In this document: positions 54,107 through 64,000 of the stretch, in pieces
How positions within the stretch are numbered: the stretch's first letter is position 1
Layout: every line of letters starts with the position of its first letter
From: Candidatus Binatia bacterium
GTDB lineage: Bacteria; Desulfobacterota; Binatia; HRBIN30
Assembly (NCBI GenBank): GCA_937925685.1
Contig: CALAMI010000008.1
Span: 142,191-206,190 of the forward strand
Length of the DNA: 64,000 nt
Reading direction: 5' to 3'
Position numbers and translations under genes: made by a program
Notes under the pieces: generated by a model
The model's input: only the letters and a program-made list of their open reading frames with translations
The model's database searches: none
What the model was told of the DNA's origin: nothing

Positions 54107-55066
54107 TTACTTGATTGCCTGAGGATTGACTGGGGAACCGACTGCACCGGTAATGGGCAAGGGGGGGGCGACAAAAAGAAATTCGTAGATTCGATCTTGT
54201 CCGCAATCCTCGGCAAGTGCCTCGAGATCGAAGATCTCCCCAACTAACATGCCCATGTGCACGATGGCCACGCAATGTAACGGTTGGAAACAGTCTGGGG
54301 TTTCGTTGGGAATAACTTCTGTACCCCAGGTGTCGGTCGCGTAGCCGGCAATTTCGTGCTTCGCGAACCATTCGGCACAACGGAGACTGAGTCCCGGAGC
54401 GGGCCCCCCGGCATATTGGCCCCAGCTCCCCTCCGATCGGACTTGCGCTAGCTGACCCGTGCGTACGAGCACAATGTCGCCTCGCTCAATCCGAACACCT
54501 TCCTGTGCCGCAGCAGCATCGAGTTCTTCGGGCCCAATGGCCTCGCCTGGCTCGAGCCAGGCTTTACCCAGCAAGCGGGGGATATCGAGCAGAACTCCGC
54601 GGCTCACGACACTCTGTTTGAGTTTGTCGATCGAATTTGCCCGCGCGCCGCTGCTCGTGACCCATTCTGGTCCGCGGTTGTTGTACATTTTGCCATCGAA
54701 AAAGATGTGCGAAAGGGCGTCCCATTGGGTGGCGCACTGTAATGGCATGGTGATCGCGTCATCGCAGTACCGGAGGCCCGGAATGAAGTCTTGGGCACCC
54801 GAGGCGATGTCCCCACCATCCTGGAGCATGAAGTGCAAGGGATTCACTCTGCCGGCAAAACCGGTTTGGGGGCCCTGGGAGTCGAAGGGAATGGCCAAAG
54901 AAAACACGCGGCCACGGCGAACTAAGCCAGCGGCACGGACGATCTTCTCGGGGGTGATAAAGTTGAGGGTCCCCAGTTGGTCATCGTCGCCCCACCGGCC
55001 CCAGTTGGATAGCCGTTTCCCCAGTGCGCGCACATCGTCAATCGTGAATTGGTGCCGTGTCATCAA
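54107..55066 (-). CDS. cyclase-family protein (kynurenine formamidase-like fold)
   Basis: RWGDDDQLGTLNFITPEKIV...HxGTHxDAxxH-like region (QWDALSHIFFDG); ~320 aa. Confidence 0.8.
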   Translation of the reverse strand: MMTRHQFTIDDVRALGKRLSNWGRWGDDDQLGTLNFITPEKIVRAAGLVRRGRVFSLAIPFDSQGPQTGFAGRVNPLHFMLQDGGDIASGAQDFIPGLRYCDDAITMPLQCATQWDALSHIFFDGKMYNNRGPEWVTSSGARANSIDKLKQSVVSRGVLLDIPRLLGKAWLEPGEAIGPEELDAAAAQEGVRIERGDIVLVRTGQLAQVRSEGSWGQYAGGPAPGLSLRCAEWFAKHEIAGYATDTWGTEVIPNETPDCFQPLHCVAIVHMGMLVGEIFDLEALAEDCGQDRIYEFLFVAPPLPITGAVGSPVNPQAIK

Positions 55067-55098
55067 CCTCCTCCTCCGAAGCTGAGGGAATGCAACTC

Positions 55099-55938
55099 CT
55101 AGCGGTGCAAAAACACCGGGCAGCTTGCATTGCGTAGCACGTACTCCGTCGTGCTGCCGAGCACCAGCTCGATGATGCGGCTGTGTCCGTACGCACCGAT
55201 GAAGAGTAAGTCGTGGCGGTGCTCGCGCAAATAGTTGGCAATTCGTTCGGGAGCGTTCCCGGTCTGCTGGAGTTCGAGTTTGACCTCGATTGGATACGCC
55301 CTCAAATAGGTATTGGCCTCTTGGAGGATTTTATTCCCCGCGGTTTCGTCGCGGTGCACGGTGAGCACGGTAAGGGGCAGGCGAAGGACCGTGCAAAATT
55401 CCGCGGCAGAGTGCATGGCCGCAGCGGCGCGTTGACTGCCGTCGTAAGCGAGGAGCGGGTTTTGAATCTCTTTGAACTGCAGCGTGCAAACTAACACAGG
55501 TTTGGGTGACCGCCGGGTCACGTTCTCTGCCGTGCTTCCGAGCAAGCCTGTCACGAACTTCTCGTTCACCCCGCGATGCCCAATGGCGACCAAATCCGTG
55601 GTTTTCGCCGCTTCGGCAATTTCGTTGGGCACAATGCCCATGGTCAGGATCGTATCATGTCTTACACCGGCTTCGGCTGCGCGGGTACGGAATTCGTCCA
55701 GAATCGCTTTGCCTCGCTCGTGGAGCACTTCGCGCATTTTGGAGGAGAAGTCCAAATACGGCTCAAACCCGAGGGAGCCAGAGATATCGTGGAAAAAAGA
55801 TCCTTCGATGGAGACGATATCCACCACGTGCAAGCCAATCACTGTAGCTTCGAGCTGTTGCGCTAGCCAAATGGCGTAGCGTGACGCTGTGCGCGCGTGC
55901 TCGGACCCATCCAGTCCTACCAAGATGGTTTTGATCAT
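55099..55938 (-). CDS. universal stress protein, tandem UspA domains
   Basis: MIKTILVGLDGSEHARTASRYAIWLA...IGLHVVD and a second LLAYDGSQRAAAAMHSAAEF half. Internal ATG 55938 chosen; the track ORF extends to 56058. Confidence 0.85.
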   Translation of the reverse strand: MIKTILVGLDGSEHARTASRYAIWLAQQLEATVIGLHVVDIVSIEGSFFHDISGSLGFEPYLDFSSKMREVLHERGKAILDEFRTRAAEAGVRHDTILTMGIVPNEIAEAAKTTDLVAIGHRGVNEKFVTGLLGSTAENVTRRSPKPVLVCTLQFKEIQNPLLAYDGSQRAAAAMHSAAEFCTVLRLPLTVLTVHRDETAGNKILQEANTYLRAYPIEVKLELQQTGNAPERIANYLREHRHDLLFIGAYGHSRIIELVLGSTTEYVLRNASCPVFLHR

Positions 55939-56695
55939 GGCTTTGCGTGTACCACCGCTCAGGAACCTTCGACAAGCGCTGCTGTTCCGTTGGCTAGGCG
56001 GCTTGGGCATGCCATAGCCTGGTTGCAAACTGGGCACATTCGCGGCACATGACAGCACAGTAAAGCTATCGGAAGTCGGCGGTAAAAGTGTCGAGGAAAC
56101 GCAAACGATTCCCGCAATCCCGGGTCTCTATCCGAATATGGGCGACGATTGCCGTCACTGGGATTTTCATGGTGGCGCTTGCCGAGGCGCCGCTTGGGAT
56201 TGTGGCGCACCGTCACCCGGGCGACCAGATCGCTCACGTTCACGTTTCGTTACGAGCGCCGTGGTGGAGTTCGGGAAACTCAGTCGCGCACGAGCAAGAG
56301 CTGCCTTTTGCTGCCAACGACACTCCAGTCGATTGGTGGTCGCAGGAGGCTGCGAGCCGTCGCCTGGGAGTCGGGCTCTGGGGGCCACAGGCCTTGTCGA
56401 ACACGCATGTACACAGCTTCTCGCCCTTTCAGCCGACCCTCCTTGAACTTGCGCCGCTAGAGTTGGCGGCAGAAGTGGTACGCTTGGCTGGGGGTGTACC
56501 TCCGGGAGATTCCCCGCACCAAGCCCTGACGAGGTGGCGCTCGCGTGCCCCACCCCCGCGCTGATTGCTGTCGGGGAGCGAGAAGGACATCGTCGGTCGT
56601 TAACGGTTCGGTGCCAGCGGCCACCAGCGCTCGGCTTGGTCCGCCAACCGGTGGCCCCGTGTGCGCTGATCGCCGTTTAACTTGGAGGTGGATCT

Positions 56696-59113
56696 GTGGG
56701 AGGCTTACGTGCGGGCGTTTGCGTGGGCGCCGTGGTGGCGCTCGTGGGCTTTACGGGTGTTCGAAGCGAAGGGAGCGATGCGGAGATTTGGGACAAACAG
56801 GTCACGGGCGAGCAGCAAACGGAGGGTTCCGATCAGCAGCGGAAGGGCACGGTACAGCGCCGAGAGACTTCTCGGACCGATCTTGGCGCTGTCGTCGTGC
56901 GGGCGAGCCGGCCGTTGAGCTCGGCATCCTCGGCAGAGATTCGGGCGCGCGATTTCCTCTTGCGGCCCAGAGGCACTTTGCAGGAGATCCTGAATAACGT
57001 GCCCGGGCTGGTTGTGGCCCAACATCAAGGTGGAGGTAAGGCGCCTCAGTGGCTCGTTCGGGGCTTCGACGGAGATCATGGGACGGATTTTGCTGTCTTC
57101 GTCGACGAGATGCCCGTCAATCTCGTCTCCCACGCTCACGGCCAGGGGTATGCGGACGTGAATTTCGTGATCCCGGAAACGATTCAACGGCTGCAACTTC
57201 ACAAGGGGCCATATTTCCCGGAGTTTGGCGATTTCGCTAATGCCGGGGCTCTGCAAATCGTCACGAAGGACGAGTTTTCAGAGCCCTTCGCCCTGGCGGA
57301 AGGCGGTTCGTTGGCAACGCACCGTTATGTGATTGGGGCATCGCCACGTGTCGGTGCGTGGCGCAGCTTGATTGCCGCCCAGGCGTATTTTTCTGATGGT
57401 CCTTTCGAGCACCCGCAGAATTATTCGCGCTACAATCTGTTTGCGAAGATTCATCGTGCCGTCGACGAGAAACAAATGATCTCGGTGTCCGCAGGGGCGT
57501 ATGCGGGCGATTGGGATGCCTCGGGTCAGATTCCTTTACGGGCGGTTCAAGCTGGTCGTTTGGTGCTGGCCCCGAAAGAACTCGATCCGCAGGCGGCGAC
57601 ACGGCCGTTCAGCCGCTTCGATGCGATCGATCCGACAGAAGGTGGAAGCACGGATCGGCAATTTGTCACCCTCCGCTACCGTACCCAGCCGGGGGACGAC
57701 GACGAGTGGACCGCGCAGCTCTGGGCGCAACGGTACAAGCTGGCGCTCTTTTCCAACTTTACGTTCTATAAGGATACGGGGCTGCGTTTTGTGGAGCGCT
57801 CTGGGAGCATCATCGACGTAGCGGGAGAACCCGTGGATCTCCGGCAGCAGTACCTACCCGGGGACGGGATCGAGCAGAACGATCGCCGCGTCCTTTACGG
57901 CGGGCGCTTGCAGTACCTGCGATATTGGTTTGCAGCCGCTCCGTTCGCGTTTCCTCTAAGAACTCGTGTGGCCGTGGAAACGAGGCACGACCACATCCGC
58001 CTTCGCCTGGATCGTCAGGTTCGGCGGATTCGTTTTTTCCCAGTGAACGCTCTTTCAGTGGACGAACGCTCCTTGGGGGGCTTCGTGGATCAGCAGGTGC
58101 TTTTTACCGACTGGCTGCGCCTCGAAGCGGGGCTTCGTGGAGACGTGTTCTGGTTCGCCGGGGACGACCGCCTTCCTACCGGGGTCGGTTTGCTCGACCC
58201 GATTCTCGAATCCTGCATAGGGCAAAGCGATCCGAATTTTTGTGCCGTACGTGTCGACGGTCACGTGGTTGACTCGATCGTCAGTCCGAAAGCGAACCTG
58301 ATTGTATCCCCCTGGGAGACCACCGACATTTATTTGAACTTTGGTGTGGGTTTCCATTCGAACGATGCCCGCAACGCGATTTTGGCGAAAAATTACCCCA
58401 CCTTGGCCGGGCCTTTGCAAAGTCCGCTGACACGATCGCTAGGGTACGAAATAGGGCTGCGGACGCGTCAGTTTGAGCGCCTCGACCTAGCTACGGCGCT
58501 GTGGCTATTAGACCTGGACAGCGAGCTCGTTTTTTCGGGCGATGCCGGCAATCAAGAAATTGGAGCCGGGGGAACCTTCGAGCCAGCGGGAAAGACGCGG
58601 CGCTGGGGCATCGATTTCGAGTTCCGCTATCAAGCGTTTCCGTGGCTGTTCCTCGACTACGATTTGGCATACGCTGACCCTCGCTTTCGTGGTACCGGAG
58701 AGGCGGTTCCGTTGGCGCCGACGCTTCTGATGAACGGAGGGATCACTGCTAGCCCATTGGAACATTTGGAGGCTGCGTTGCGAGTGCGCTATTTGGGGGA
58801 TCGCCCTGCCATAGAAGACCGCTCCCTTACCGCACGCGGTTACACCCTTTTGGACCTGCTTGCCCGTTACCGCTGGAGAAATGTCGAGACCTCAATTGCC
58901 CTGTTGAATTTATTGGATCGCGATTGGCGCGAGGCGCAGTTTTCGGACACGTCGTGCTTGCTGGGAGAGCTTCAAGACCCGGCGCAGCACCCTGGCACGC
59001 CGTGTTCTATTCGCCCAGGGCTGCAGGGGACCCACGAGGATCCGCCGCCGGACATCCATTTCACACCGGGGAATCCGTTTTGGGTGAGGGGTGGACTAAC
59101 CGTGTACTTTTGA
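56696..59113 (+). CDS. TonB-dependent outer-membrane receptor
   Basis: Plug-domain motifs (LQEILNNVPGLVVAQHQGGGKAPQWLVRGF); ~800 aa beta-barrel-like composition; C-terminal GLTVYF aromatic terminus. The start codon is uncertain. Confidence 0.8.
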   Translation: MGGLRAGVCVGAVVALVGFTGVRSEGSDAEIWDKQVTGEQQTEGSDQQRKGTVQRRETSRTDLGAVVVRASRPLSSASSAEIRARDFLLRPRGTLQEILNNVPGLVVAQHQGGGKAPQWLVRGFDGDHGTDFAVFVDEMPVNLVSHAHGQGYADVNFVIPETIQRLQLHKGPYFPEFGDFANAGALQIVTKDEFSEPFALAEGGSLATHRYVIGASPRVGAWRSLIAAQAYFSDGPFEHPQNYSRYNLFAKIHRAVDEKQMISVSAGAYAGDWDASGQIPLRAVQAGRLVLAPKELDPQAATRPFSRFDAIDPTEGGSTDRQFVTLRYRTQPGDDDEWTAQLWAQRYKLALFSNFTFYKDTGLRFVERSGSIIDVAGEPVDLRQQYLPGDGIEQNDRRVLYGGRLQYLRYWFAAAPFAFPLRTRVAVETRHDHIRLRLDRQVRRIRFFPVNALSVDERSLGGFVDQQVLFTDWLRLEAGLRGDVFWFAGDDRLPTGVGLLDPILESCIGQSDPNFCAVRVDGHVVDSIVSPKANLIVSPWETTDIYLNFGVGFHSNDARNAILAKNYPTLAGPLQSPLTRSLGYEIGLRTRQFERLDLATALWLLDLDSELVFSGDAGNQEIGAGGTFEPAGKTRRWGIDFEFRYQAFPWLFLDYDLAYADPRFRGTGEAVPLAPTLLMNGGITASPLEHLEAALRVRYLGDRPAIEDRSLTARGYTLLDLLARYRWRNVETSIALLNLLDRDWREAQFSDTSCLLGELQDPAQHPGTPCSIRPGLQGTHEDPPPDIHFTPGNPFWVRGGLTVYF

Positions 59114-59408
59114 GGCGAGGTTTTCTGCCGGCGCACCCTACTCTAGGGCCAGGGACAGTTTTTGCTGAGAGGTGTTCTTCGAGAGAATCGGGCTCCAAGT
59201 GCTGCCCTGCGGGTCACGAAAACTCGGAGCTGCACGAACTGCGTCGTAGCAGCGAGTCCAGTGCTACTGACAGGATAGGCCGCCACAATCCTCTCGGACC
59301 GCAGCATCGCCCGGGACAGATCTAGCCGCGGCAGAGAGGCCGTTGCTCCTCTCCGTCCGATCCCTCCAAGTTTGCGAGCACGAATCTCTACGAGTAGATT
59401 GTGAACCC

Positions 59409-60878
59409 ATGGACGACCGCACTTTGCCCTCTTGCGCGGCAAGCGAAGCACAGAACTTCTTTTTCGACCAACTTGGACTCCAGCCCCGTTGGTTGGAGGA
59501 GAGCGTGGGTAGTGCTTTGTGTCGTCGTTGCGATGATGCCGATTTGTACTTCGAGCATCGAACCGTTGAATCGGTGAGCCTGGAAGACGGTTTGGTCAAA
59601 TCGGCCACCCGACAAACGCGGCAGGGGGTTGGCGCGCGTGTAGTGGTCGGGGATCGAACGGGCTACGCACACACTGACGACCTGACCCTAGAGGGCTTGC
59701 GGCTGGCAACGCGCACGGCGCAAGCCATTGCCTGGCAAGGCGGAGATAGCCGCTCCGTCGCGGTGGTCGTAGAGCGCCCAAGACATAATTTGTACAGTCT
59801 ACATGCTGCGCCGATTCTTGTTCCTGTCGAGGAGAAAGTTCGAGTGTTGCAGCACGTCGACGAATATGCCCGTGCTTTCGATGCACGGATCCGTAACGTG
59901 CTGGCTAGCATCGTGGTGGAACAGAAGCTGGTTCTCATCGTGACGGCCGAAGGGCGGGTTGTCGCGGATGTTCAGCCGCTGGTGCGCATGCAGGTAACCT
60001 GCATTGCAGAGGAGAAGGGCAACCGGCAGCAGGGCACTTTTGGCGGAGGAGGCCGCGTGGCTTTCGACTACCTCTGCGAGAACCAGCGCTACTTGTATTT
60101 TACCCGTAAGGCAGCCCAGCAGGCGGTGCGTAATCTGGATGCGGTGGAGGCTCCGGCTGGCGAAATGGTAGTGGTGCTGGGGCCAGGATGGCCGGGAATT
60201 TTGCTCCATGAAGCGGTCGGCCACGGCTTGGAAGGGGACTTCAACCGCAAGGGAGTTTCGGCGTTTGCGGGCCGATTGGGAGAGGTAGTTGCATCGCCGC
60301 TGTGTACCGTCGTGGACGATGGCACCATTGCAAACCGGCGGGGTTCGCTCAACGCCGATGACGAGGGGACGCCCACGGGGCGGACGGTCCTGATCGAAAA
60401 AGGCGTTCTCGTTGCTTATTTGCAAGATCGTTTGAACGCCCGCTTGATGGGGATGTCTCCTACGGGTAACGGCCGGAGGGAATCGTTCGCTCATCCCCCT
60501 CTGCCGCGGATGACGAATACCTTCTTGTTACCGGGGGAGAGTGACCCGGAGGAGATTATCCGTTCGGTGGATTACGGCTTGTACGCAGTTCATTTTGGGG
60601 GAGGTCAGGTGGACATCACCAGCGGAAAGTTCGTCTTTTCGGCAAGCGAGGCTTACTTGATCGAAAGAGGCAAGGTGACTCGACCGGTCAAGGGAGCGAC
60701 CCTGATTGGCCACGGACCGGAAGTGCTCAAACGAATCACCAGGGTCGGACACGATCTGGGACTGGACGAAGGAATTGGGACGTGCGGAAAGGATGGCCAG
60801 TCAGTTCCTGTGGGTGTCGGCCTCCCTACGGTTCGGATTGATGGGCTGACGGTCGGCGGAACACAACCCGTGGGCTAG
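59409..60878 (+). CDS. tldD: TldD metalloprotease
   Basis: HEAVGHGLEGDF motif; ...DDEGTPTG...; C-terminal GxC-containing end; start at internal Met MDDRTLP. Confidence 0.9.
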   Translation: MDDRTLPSCAASEAQNFFFDQLGLQPRWLEESVGSALCRRCDDADLYFEHRTVESVSLEDGLVKSATRQTRQGVGARVVVGDRTGYAHTDDLTLEGLRLATRTAQAIAWQGGDSRSVAVVVERPRHNLYSLHAAPILVPVEEKVRVLQHVDEYARAFDARIRNVLASIVVEQKLVLIVTAEGRVVADVQPLVRMQVTCIAEEKGNRQQGTFGGGGRVAFDYLCENQRYLYFTRKAAQQAVRNLDAVEAPAGEMVVVLGPGWPGILLHEAVGHGLEGDFNRKGVSAFAGRLGEVVASPLCTVVDDGTIANRRGSLNADDEGTPTGRTVLIEKGVLVAYLQDRLNARLMGMSPTGNGRRESFAHPPLPRMTNTFLLPGESDPEEIIRSVDYGLYAVHFGGGQVDITSGKFVFSASEAYLIERGKVTRPVKGATLIGHGPEVLKRITRVGHDLGLDEGIGTCGKDGQSVPVGVGLPTVRIDGLTVGGTQPVG

Positions 60879-60883
60879 GATAC

Positions 60884-62233
60884 ATGCTCCTCCCAGAGGC
60901 TGCAGAATTGGTGCTACGTGCGGCGAAGGCCAACGGTGCGACCGCAGCTGACGTGGTGGTCGTTCGCACGAGAACTCTGACTGTCGGCGTAAGATCCGGG
61001 GCGATCGAGAAGGTTGCTCAGGCTGAAGAGAAGCAGCTCGGCCTGAGGGTGTTTGTCGGCAAGCGTAGCGCGGTTTGCTCGACTTCGAGCTTCGCTCCTG
61101 AGGCACTGCGGGACTTTGCTTCAGCTGCCTGTGCACTCGCCAAGGTGGTCGCTGAGGACAACTACGCCGGGCTGGCCGATCTGGAGGAGCAAACGTTGGA
61201 GGGCCCAGATCTGCAACTGTTCGATTCGAGGGTGAGCGAACTTGGGCCGGATGAAGCTCGGCAGCTTGCGGAGCGAGCGGAGCGCAGCGCGCTGGAATTT
61301 GATGTCCGCATCGTCAACTCGGAAGGTGCGGAATGCTCCACGGAGTCGACAGAAACTTGGTATGCGTCAACCATGGGGTTTGCTGCCGGGTATTCGGCTA
61401 CCGTCATCAGCGTGTCCGTGGTGCCTGTGGCCAAGGGCTCTAATGGAATGCAACGCGATTTCTGGTACTCCGTGGTTCGCCAGTTGGAACGCTTGGCTTC
61501 TCCGGAGGACATCGGCCGCAAAGCCGCGGAGCGAACGTTACGCCGCCTAGAAGCGCGGAGCGTCAAGAGTTGCGAAGTTCCGGTTGTCTTCGATTCGGAA
61601 ACGGCAGCTAGCTTATTGGGCCATTTGGCGCAGGCGGTCATAGGCCAGTCGATTTTCCGGGGAACCTCGTTCCTCGTAGGGCGATTGGGCCGCCAGATCG
61701 CACCGAACTTCGTGAACATTGTCGACGACGCGCGCATTCCTGCAGCCCTAGGTTCGAAACCTTTCGATGCCGAGGGTGTGCCAACGCGTCGCCTTGGCAT
61801 TGTGGAGGGTGGGTATCTTCGTTCTTACCTGATGGACTCCTACTCCGCTCGGCGACTAGGGTTTGAGAAGAGCACGGGGAGTGCAAGCCGTGCCGTTGGT
61901 TCGCCACCGTTTGCAGCGCCGACGAACTTTTTTCTCCTTCCGGGGCAGGTGCCCGCGGAGGAAATCGTGAAGTCGCTCAAACGGGGACTTTACGTTACGA
62001 ACCTGATCGGGTTTGGGGTGAATTTGACGACAGGAGACTATTCCCGCGGCGCTGGTGGCCTGTGGATCGAGAACGGACAGTTGACGTTCCCGGTAGAAGA
62101 GGTGACGGTTGCCGGCAATCTTCTGGACATGTTCGCTCGGATTGAAGCAGTCGGTAGCGATCTCGAACTCCGGCGCCGCGTGGCTTCTCCGACGATTTTG
62201 ATCGGAAAGCTGACTGTCGCTGGACGCGGTTGA
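60884..62233 (+). CDS. pmbA: PmbA/TldE protein (TldD partner)
   Basis: Directly follows tldD with a 5 nt gap; TldE-like architecture and C-terminal GxxxxxGG region; no HExxxH motif. Confidence 0.9.
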   Translation: MLLPEAAELVLRAAKANGATAADVVVVRTRTLTVGVRSGAIEKVAQAEEKQLGLRVFVGKRSAVCSTSSFAPEALRDFASAACALAKVVAEDNYAGLADLEEQTLEGPDLQLFDSRVSELGPDEARQLAERAERSALEFDVRIVNSEGAECSTESTETWYASTMGFAAGYSATVISVSVVPVAKGSNGMQRDFWYSVVRQLERLASPEDIGRKAAERTLRRLEARSVKSCEVPVVFDSETAASLLGHLAQAVIGQSIFRGTSFLVGRLGRQIAPNFVNIVDDARIPAALGSKPFDAEGVPTRRLGIVEGGYLRSYLMDSYSARRLGFEKSTGSASRAVGSPPFAAPTNFFLLPGQVPAEEIVKSLKRGLYVTNLIGFGVNLTTGDYSRGAGGLWIENGQLTFPVEEVTVAGNLLDMFARIEAVGSDLELRRRVASPTILIGKLTVAGRG

Positions 62234-62249
62234 GACCACGAGGCAAAGC

Positions 62250-62906
62250 GTGCGCTGGCTCGATCGGTGGTGGGTGGTGGTGGTTGGGTTGGCAGTGGCC
62301 ACAAGCGGCTGTGGCTGGTTTCGTGCTCGCCCGGCAATCGACCCTAGGATAGGCGCCAGACAAGAGGGTATCGCCTCTTGGTATGGCCCGGGGTTCCACG
62401 GCAACCCCACTGCGAGCGGCGAGGTGTTCGATCAGTACGACCTGACCGCTGCGCATCCGACGCTACCTTTGGGTACACGTGTGCTGGTGACCAATCTAGC
62501 GAATGGTCGGCAGGTCGAAGTGCGCATTAACGATCGAGGCCCCTTCGTTAAGGGCCGCGTCATCGATTTGTCTTATGCGGCCGCCCGGGTGCTGGGGCTG
62601 ACTCGAGCGGGAACAGCGCAGGTTCGACTAGAAGTTGTCGGATTTACCGAACCAGCACTGCGCGCCGCGAAATACACGATCCAACTGGGCTCATTTGTCG
62701 ATCAACGTGCTGCGGAGCGACTCCAACGGGCCATGAGCCGGAGATTTAGAAGTACCCGCGTTCAGGCCTGGCGGTTGAATGGCCAAACCTACTACAGGGT
62801 TCGCCTCGGCCGCTTCGACCGGCACGATGAGGCGCGAGCCCACGCTCGAGAAGTGGAACGTTTGGGGGTTGTGCCCATCATTGTGCGCGTGGAGGATGAA
62901 CCGTGA
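62250..62906 (+). CDS. rlpA: septal-ring lytic transglycosylase RlpA-family lipoprotein (DPBB domain plus C-terminal SPOR domain)
   Basis: Lipobox VATSGC; [22 protein letters not shown]...[20 protein letters not shown]; SPOR-like YTIQLGSF...YYRVRLGRF. Confidence 0.85.
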   Translation: MRWLDRWWVVVVGLAVATSGCGWFRARPAIDPRIGARQEGIASWYGPGFHGNPTASGEVFDQYDLTAAHPTLPLGTRVLVTNLANGRQVEVRINDRGPFVKGRVIDLSYAAARVLGLTRAGTAQVRLEVVGFTEPALRAAKYTIQLGSFVDQRAAERLQRAMSRRFRSTRVQAWRLNGQTYYRVRLGRFDRHDEARAHAREVERLGVVPIIVRVEDEP

Positions 62907-63553
62907 GCTGTCCCCCGAAGCCGTGGAAGCCTGCTCTCGAGGTTTTGATCTTACTCGGGATCGCTTTGCCACTCGCTCTGTGGTCGCACCTAACAGCAGT
63001 CTGGATCTTCGTGCCTTTGGTTTATGCGTTCGTTACCAAACGCAGCCTCGACCCCTATGGGATCACCCTGCGCGGTATTCCTGGCCCAATGTTCCATTTG
63101 GGTTTGTTAGTCTGGGTGTTTGCTCCTTACGTTGTCGGGCACTACCTCTTCGCAGTGTGGTATCTAGGCCAAAGATTTACTTTACGTTTTCCAGAGAATT
63201 TCCTCGACCTCGCATTGGAACACTTGTTAGGCGTCGGTTTGGCGGAGGAATTTTTCTTTCGCGCTTATATGCAAACAGAGTTCGATCGGGTTTGGGCACG
63301 CCGCTGGTCACTTCTGGGGGCCCGCTGGGGCCCAGGCCTGCTAGGGGCGAATGCGCTGTTCGCTGTATGCCACGTCTTCAACGGCGGGCTCACCCGGTTG
63401 GTCGTCTTCTTTCCGGGACTCCTTTACGGTTGGCTTTGGGCGCGGACGAACAACCTCTTCGTACCTGCCTTCTACCATGGCTTTAGCAACATCCTGATGA
63501 GCGTGATGCTGGCGTCGTTGCATGGCAGCGTAATCAAATTGTCGGGGCAGTGA
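62903..63553 (+). CDS. CPBP-family intramembrane glutamic endopeptidase (CAAX protease/Abi)
   Basis: [17 protein letters not shown] and FYHGFSNI motifs across six or more TM helices. Confidence 0.8.
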   Translation: MSCPPKPWKPALEVLILLGIALPLALWSHLTAVWIFVPLVYAFVTKRSLDPYGITLRGIPGPMFHLGLLVWVFAPYVVGHYLFAVWYLGQRFTLRFPENFLDLALEHLLGVGLAEEFFFRAYMQTEFDRVWARRWSLLGARWGPGLLGANALFAVCHVFNGGLTRLVVFFPGLLYGWLWARTNNLFVPAFYHGFSNILMSVMLASLHGSVIKLSGQ

Positions 63554-63761
63554 CAAATTGCGACCCAGTGCCGTTGTGCGGCAGAACCTGCGACAAGCCA
63601 CGGCACGCGGGCGTCGCATAGATGACGCCCGAGCTTGCTGGGGTGGTGCGCAGATAACAAAGACTGTCCCTTGCGGTTACGCTCGAGTCGCGGGGGCTAA
63701 GTTTGAGCCCTGGCCCGCAGCTTGCATTGCGGCGTGGGCTGTCTTCCTTGAGGTGAGAGCG

Positions 63762-64000
63762 ATGGCGATGGACATCACGCAACTGTTGAGCTTCGCGCAC
63801 CGTGAGGGTGCATCGGACGTGCACTTGTCCTCGGGTGAGCCGCCGATGGTGCGCATCCATGGTGACATGAAGCGAATTGAACACCCGCCGCTGACGCCCG
63901 ACCAGGTTCACCGGATGGTGTTCGACATCATGACAGATGCTGTCCGCAAGCAGTTTCAGGAGACCAACGATGTAGACTTTTCCTTTGAGCTTGGAGAAGT
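63762..64000 (+). CDS. pilT: twitching-motility ATPase PilT, 5' end (runs off window)
   Basis: MAMDITQLLSFAHREGASDVHLSSGEPPMVRIHGDMKRIEHPPLTPDQVHRMVFDIMTD matches the conserved PilT N-terminus; AGGTGA RBS at 63751-63756. Confidence 0.85.
   Translation, partial: MAMDITQLLSFAHREGASDVHLSSGEPPMVRIHGDMKRIEHPPLTPDQVHRMVFDIMTDAVRKQFQETNDVDFSFELGE

Noticed and set aside
56059-56695. Cobalamin riboswitch upstream of the TonB-dependent receptor
   Set aside because: Only a degenerate B12-box-like string is present; the other conserved riboswitch elements were not recognisable by eye.
1-64000. CRISPR arrays, rRNA, tRNA, integrase/att sites
   Set aside because: No regularly spaced direct repeats with unique spacers, no rRNA-like conserved stretches, and no integrase or recombinase gene were seen. 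The only mobile-element trace is the HTH-only IS630-like gene.

Overview
The window is 64 kb of high-GC (roughly 60-65% by eye) bacterial chromosome. It is densely coding on both strands. I found no rRNA, tRNA or CRISPR. The gene content (paired DUF1800/DUF1501, a PSCyt-like secreted Cys protein, an exosortase, Thr/Pro-linker surface proteins, an F420-type LLM oxidoreductase) points to a Planctomycetes/Acidobacteria/Armatimonadetes-like lineage, but this cannot be resolved from sequence alone. All product calls come from reading motifs by eye, not from searches. The window falls into five blocks. (1) 1-7.7 kb, plus strand: a four-gene operon of a single-pass membrane protein, two paralogous tubulin/FtsZ-like proteins (the first with a perfect tubulin AGGTGAG signature) carrying long coiled-coil tails, and a P-loop NTPase. 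This is the best candidate for an undescribed system (membrane-anchored cytoskeletal or defence-like module). (2) 7.7-13.4 kb: a 1.2 kb stretch with no credible ORF, then a frameshifted beta-helix surface protein and an unknown HEXXH protein. (3) 13.3-28.5 kb, minus strand: a duplicated DUF1800-DUF1501 pair flanking a PSCyt-like Cys-rich secreted protein, then a polysaccharide locus (three tandem GT-B glycosyltransferase paralogs, an MsbA-like ABC exporter, and a fused GH-A hydrolase / GT2 / multi-TM synthase). (4) 28.7-47.8 kb: a CBS protein, an M1-type peptidase, a minimal exosortase with a split partner, and a cell-surface module built on dockerin-like domains. That module comprises a matrixin-like metzincin, a giant NHL-repeat protein, a cohesin-like/dockerin scaffoldin-like protein, and two tandem paralogs ending in a new PEP-CTERM-like signal (IPxxPSP...TM...RR). 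(5) 47.8-64 kb: housekeeping genes (MoxR/VWA pair, IS630-like HTH-only protein, creatininase, LLM oxidoreductase, cyclase, UspA, TonB-dependent receptor, TldD/PmbA, RlpA, CPBP protease, 5' end of pilT).
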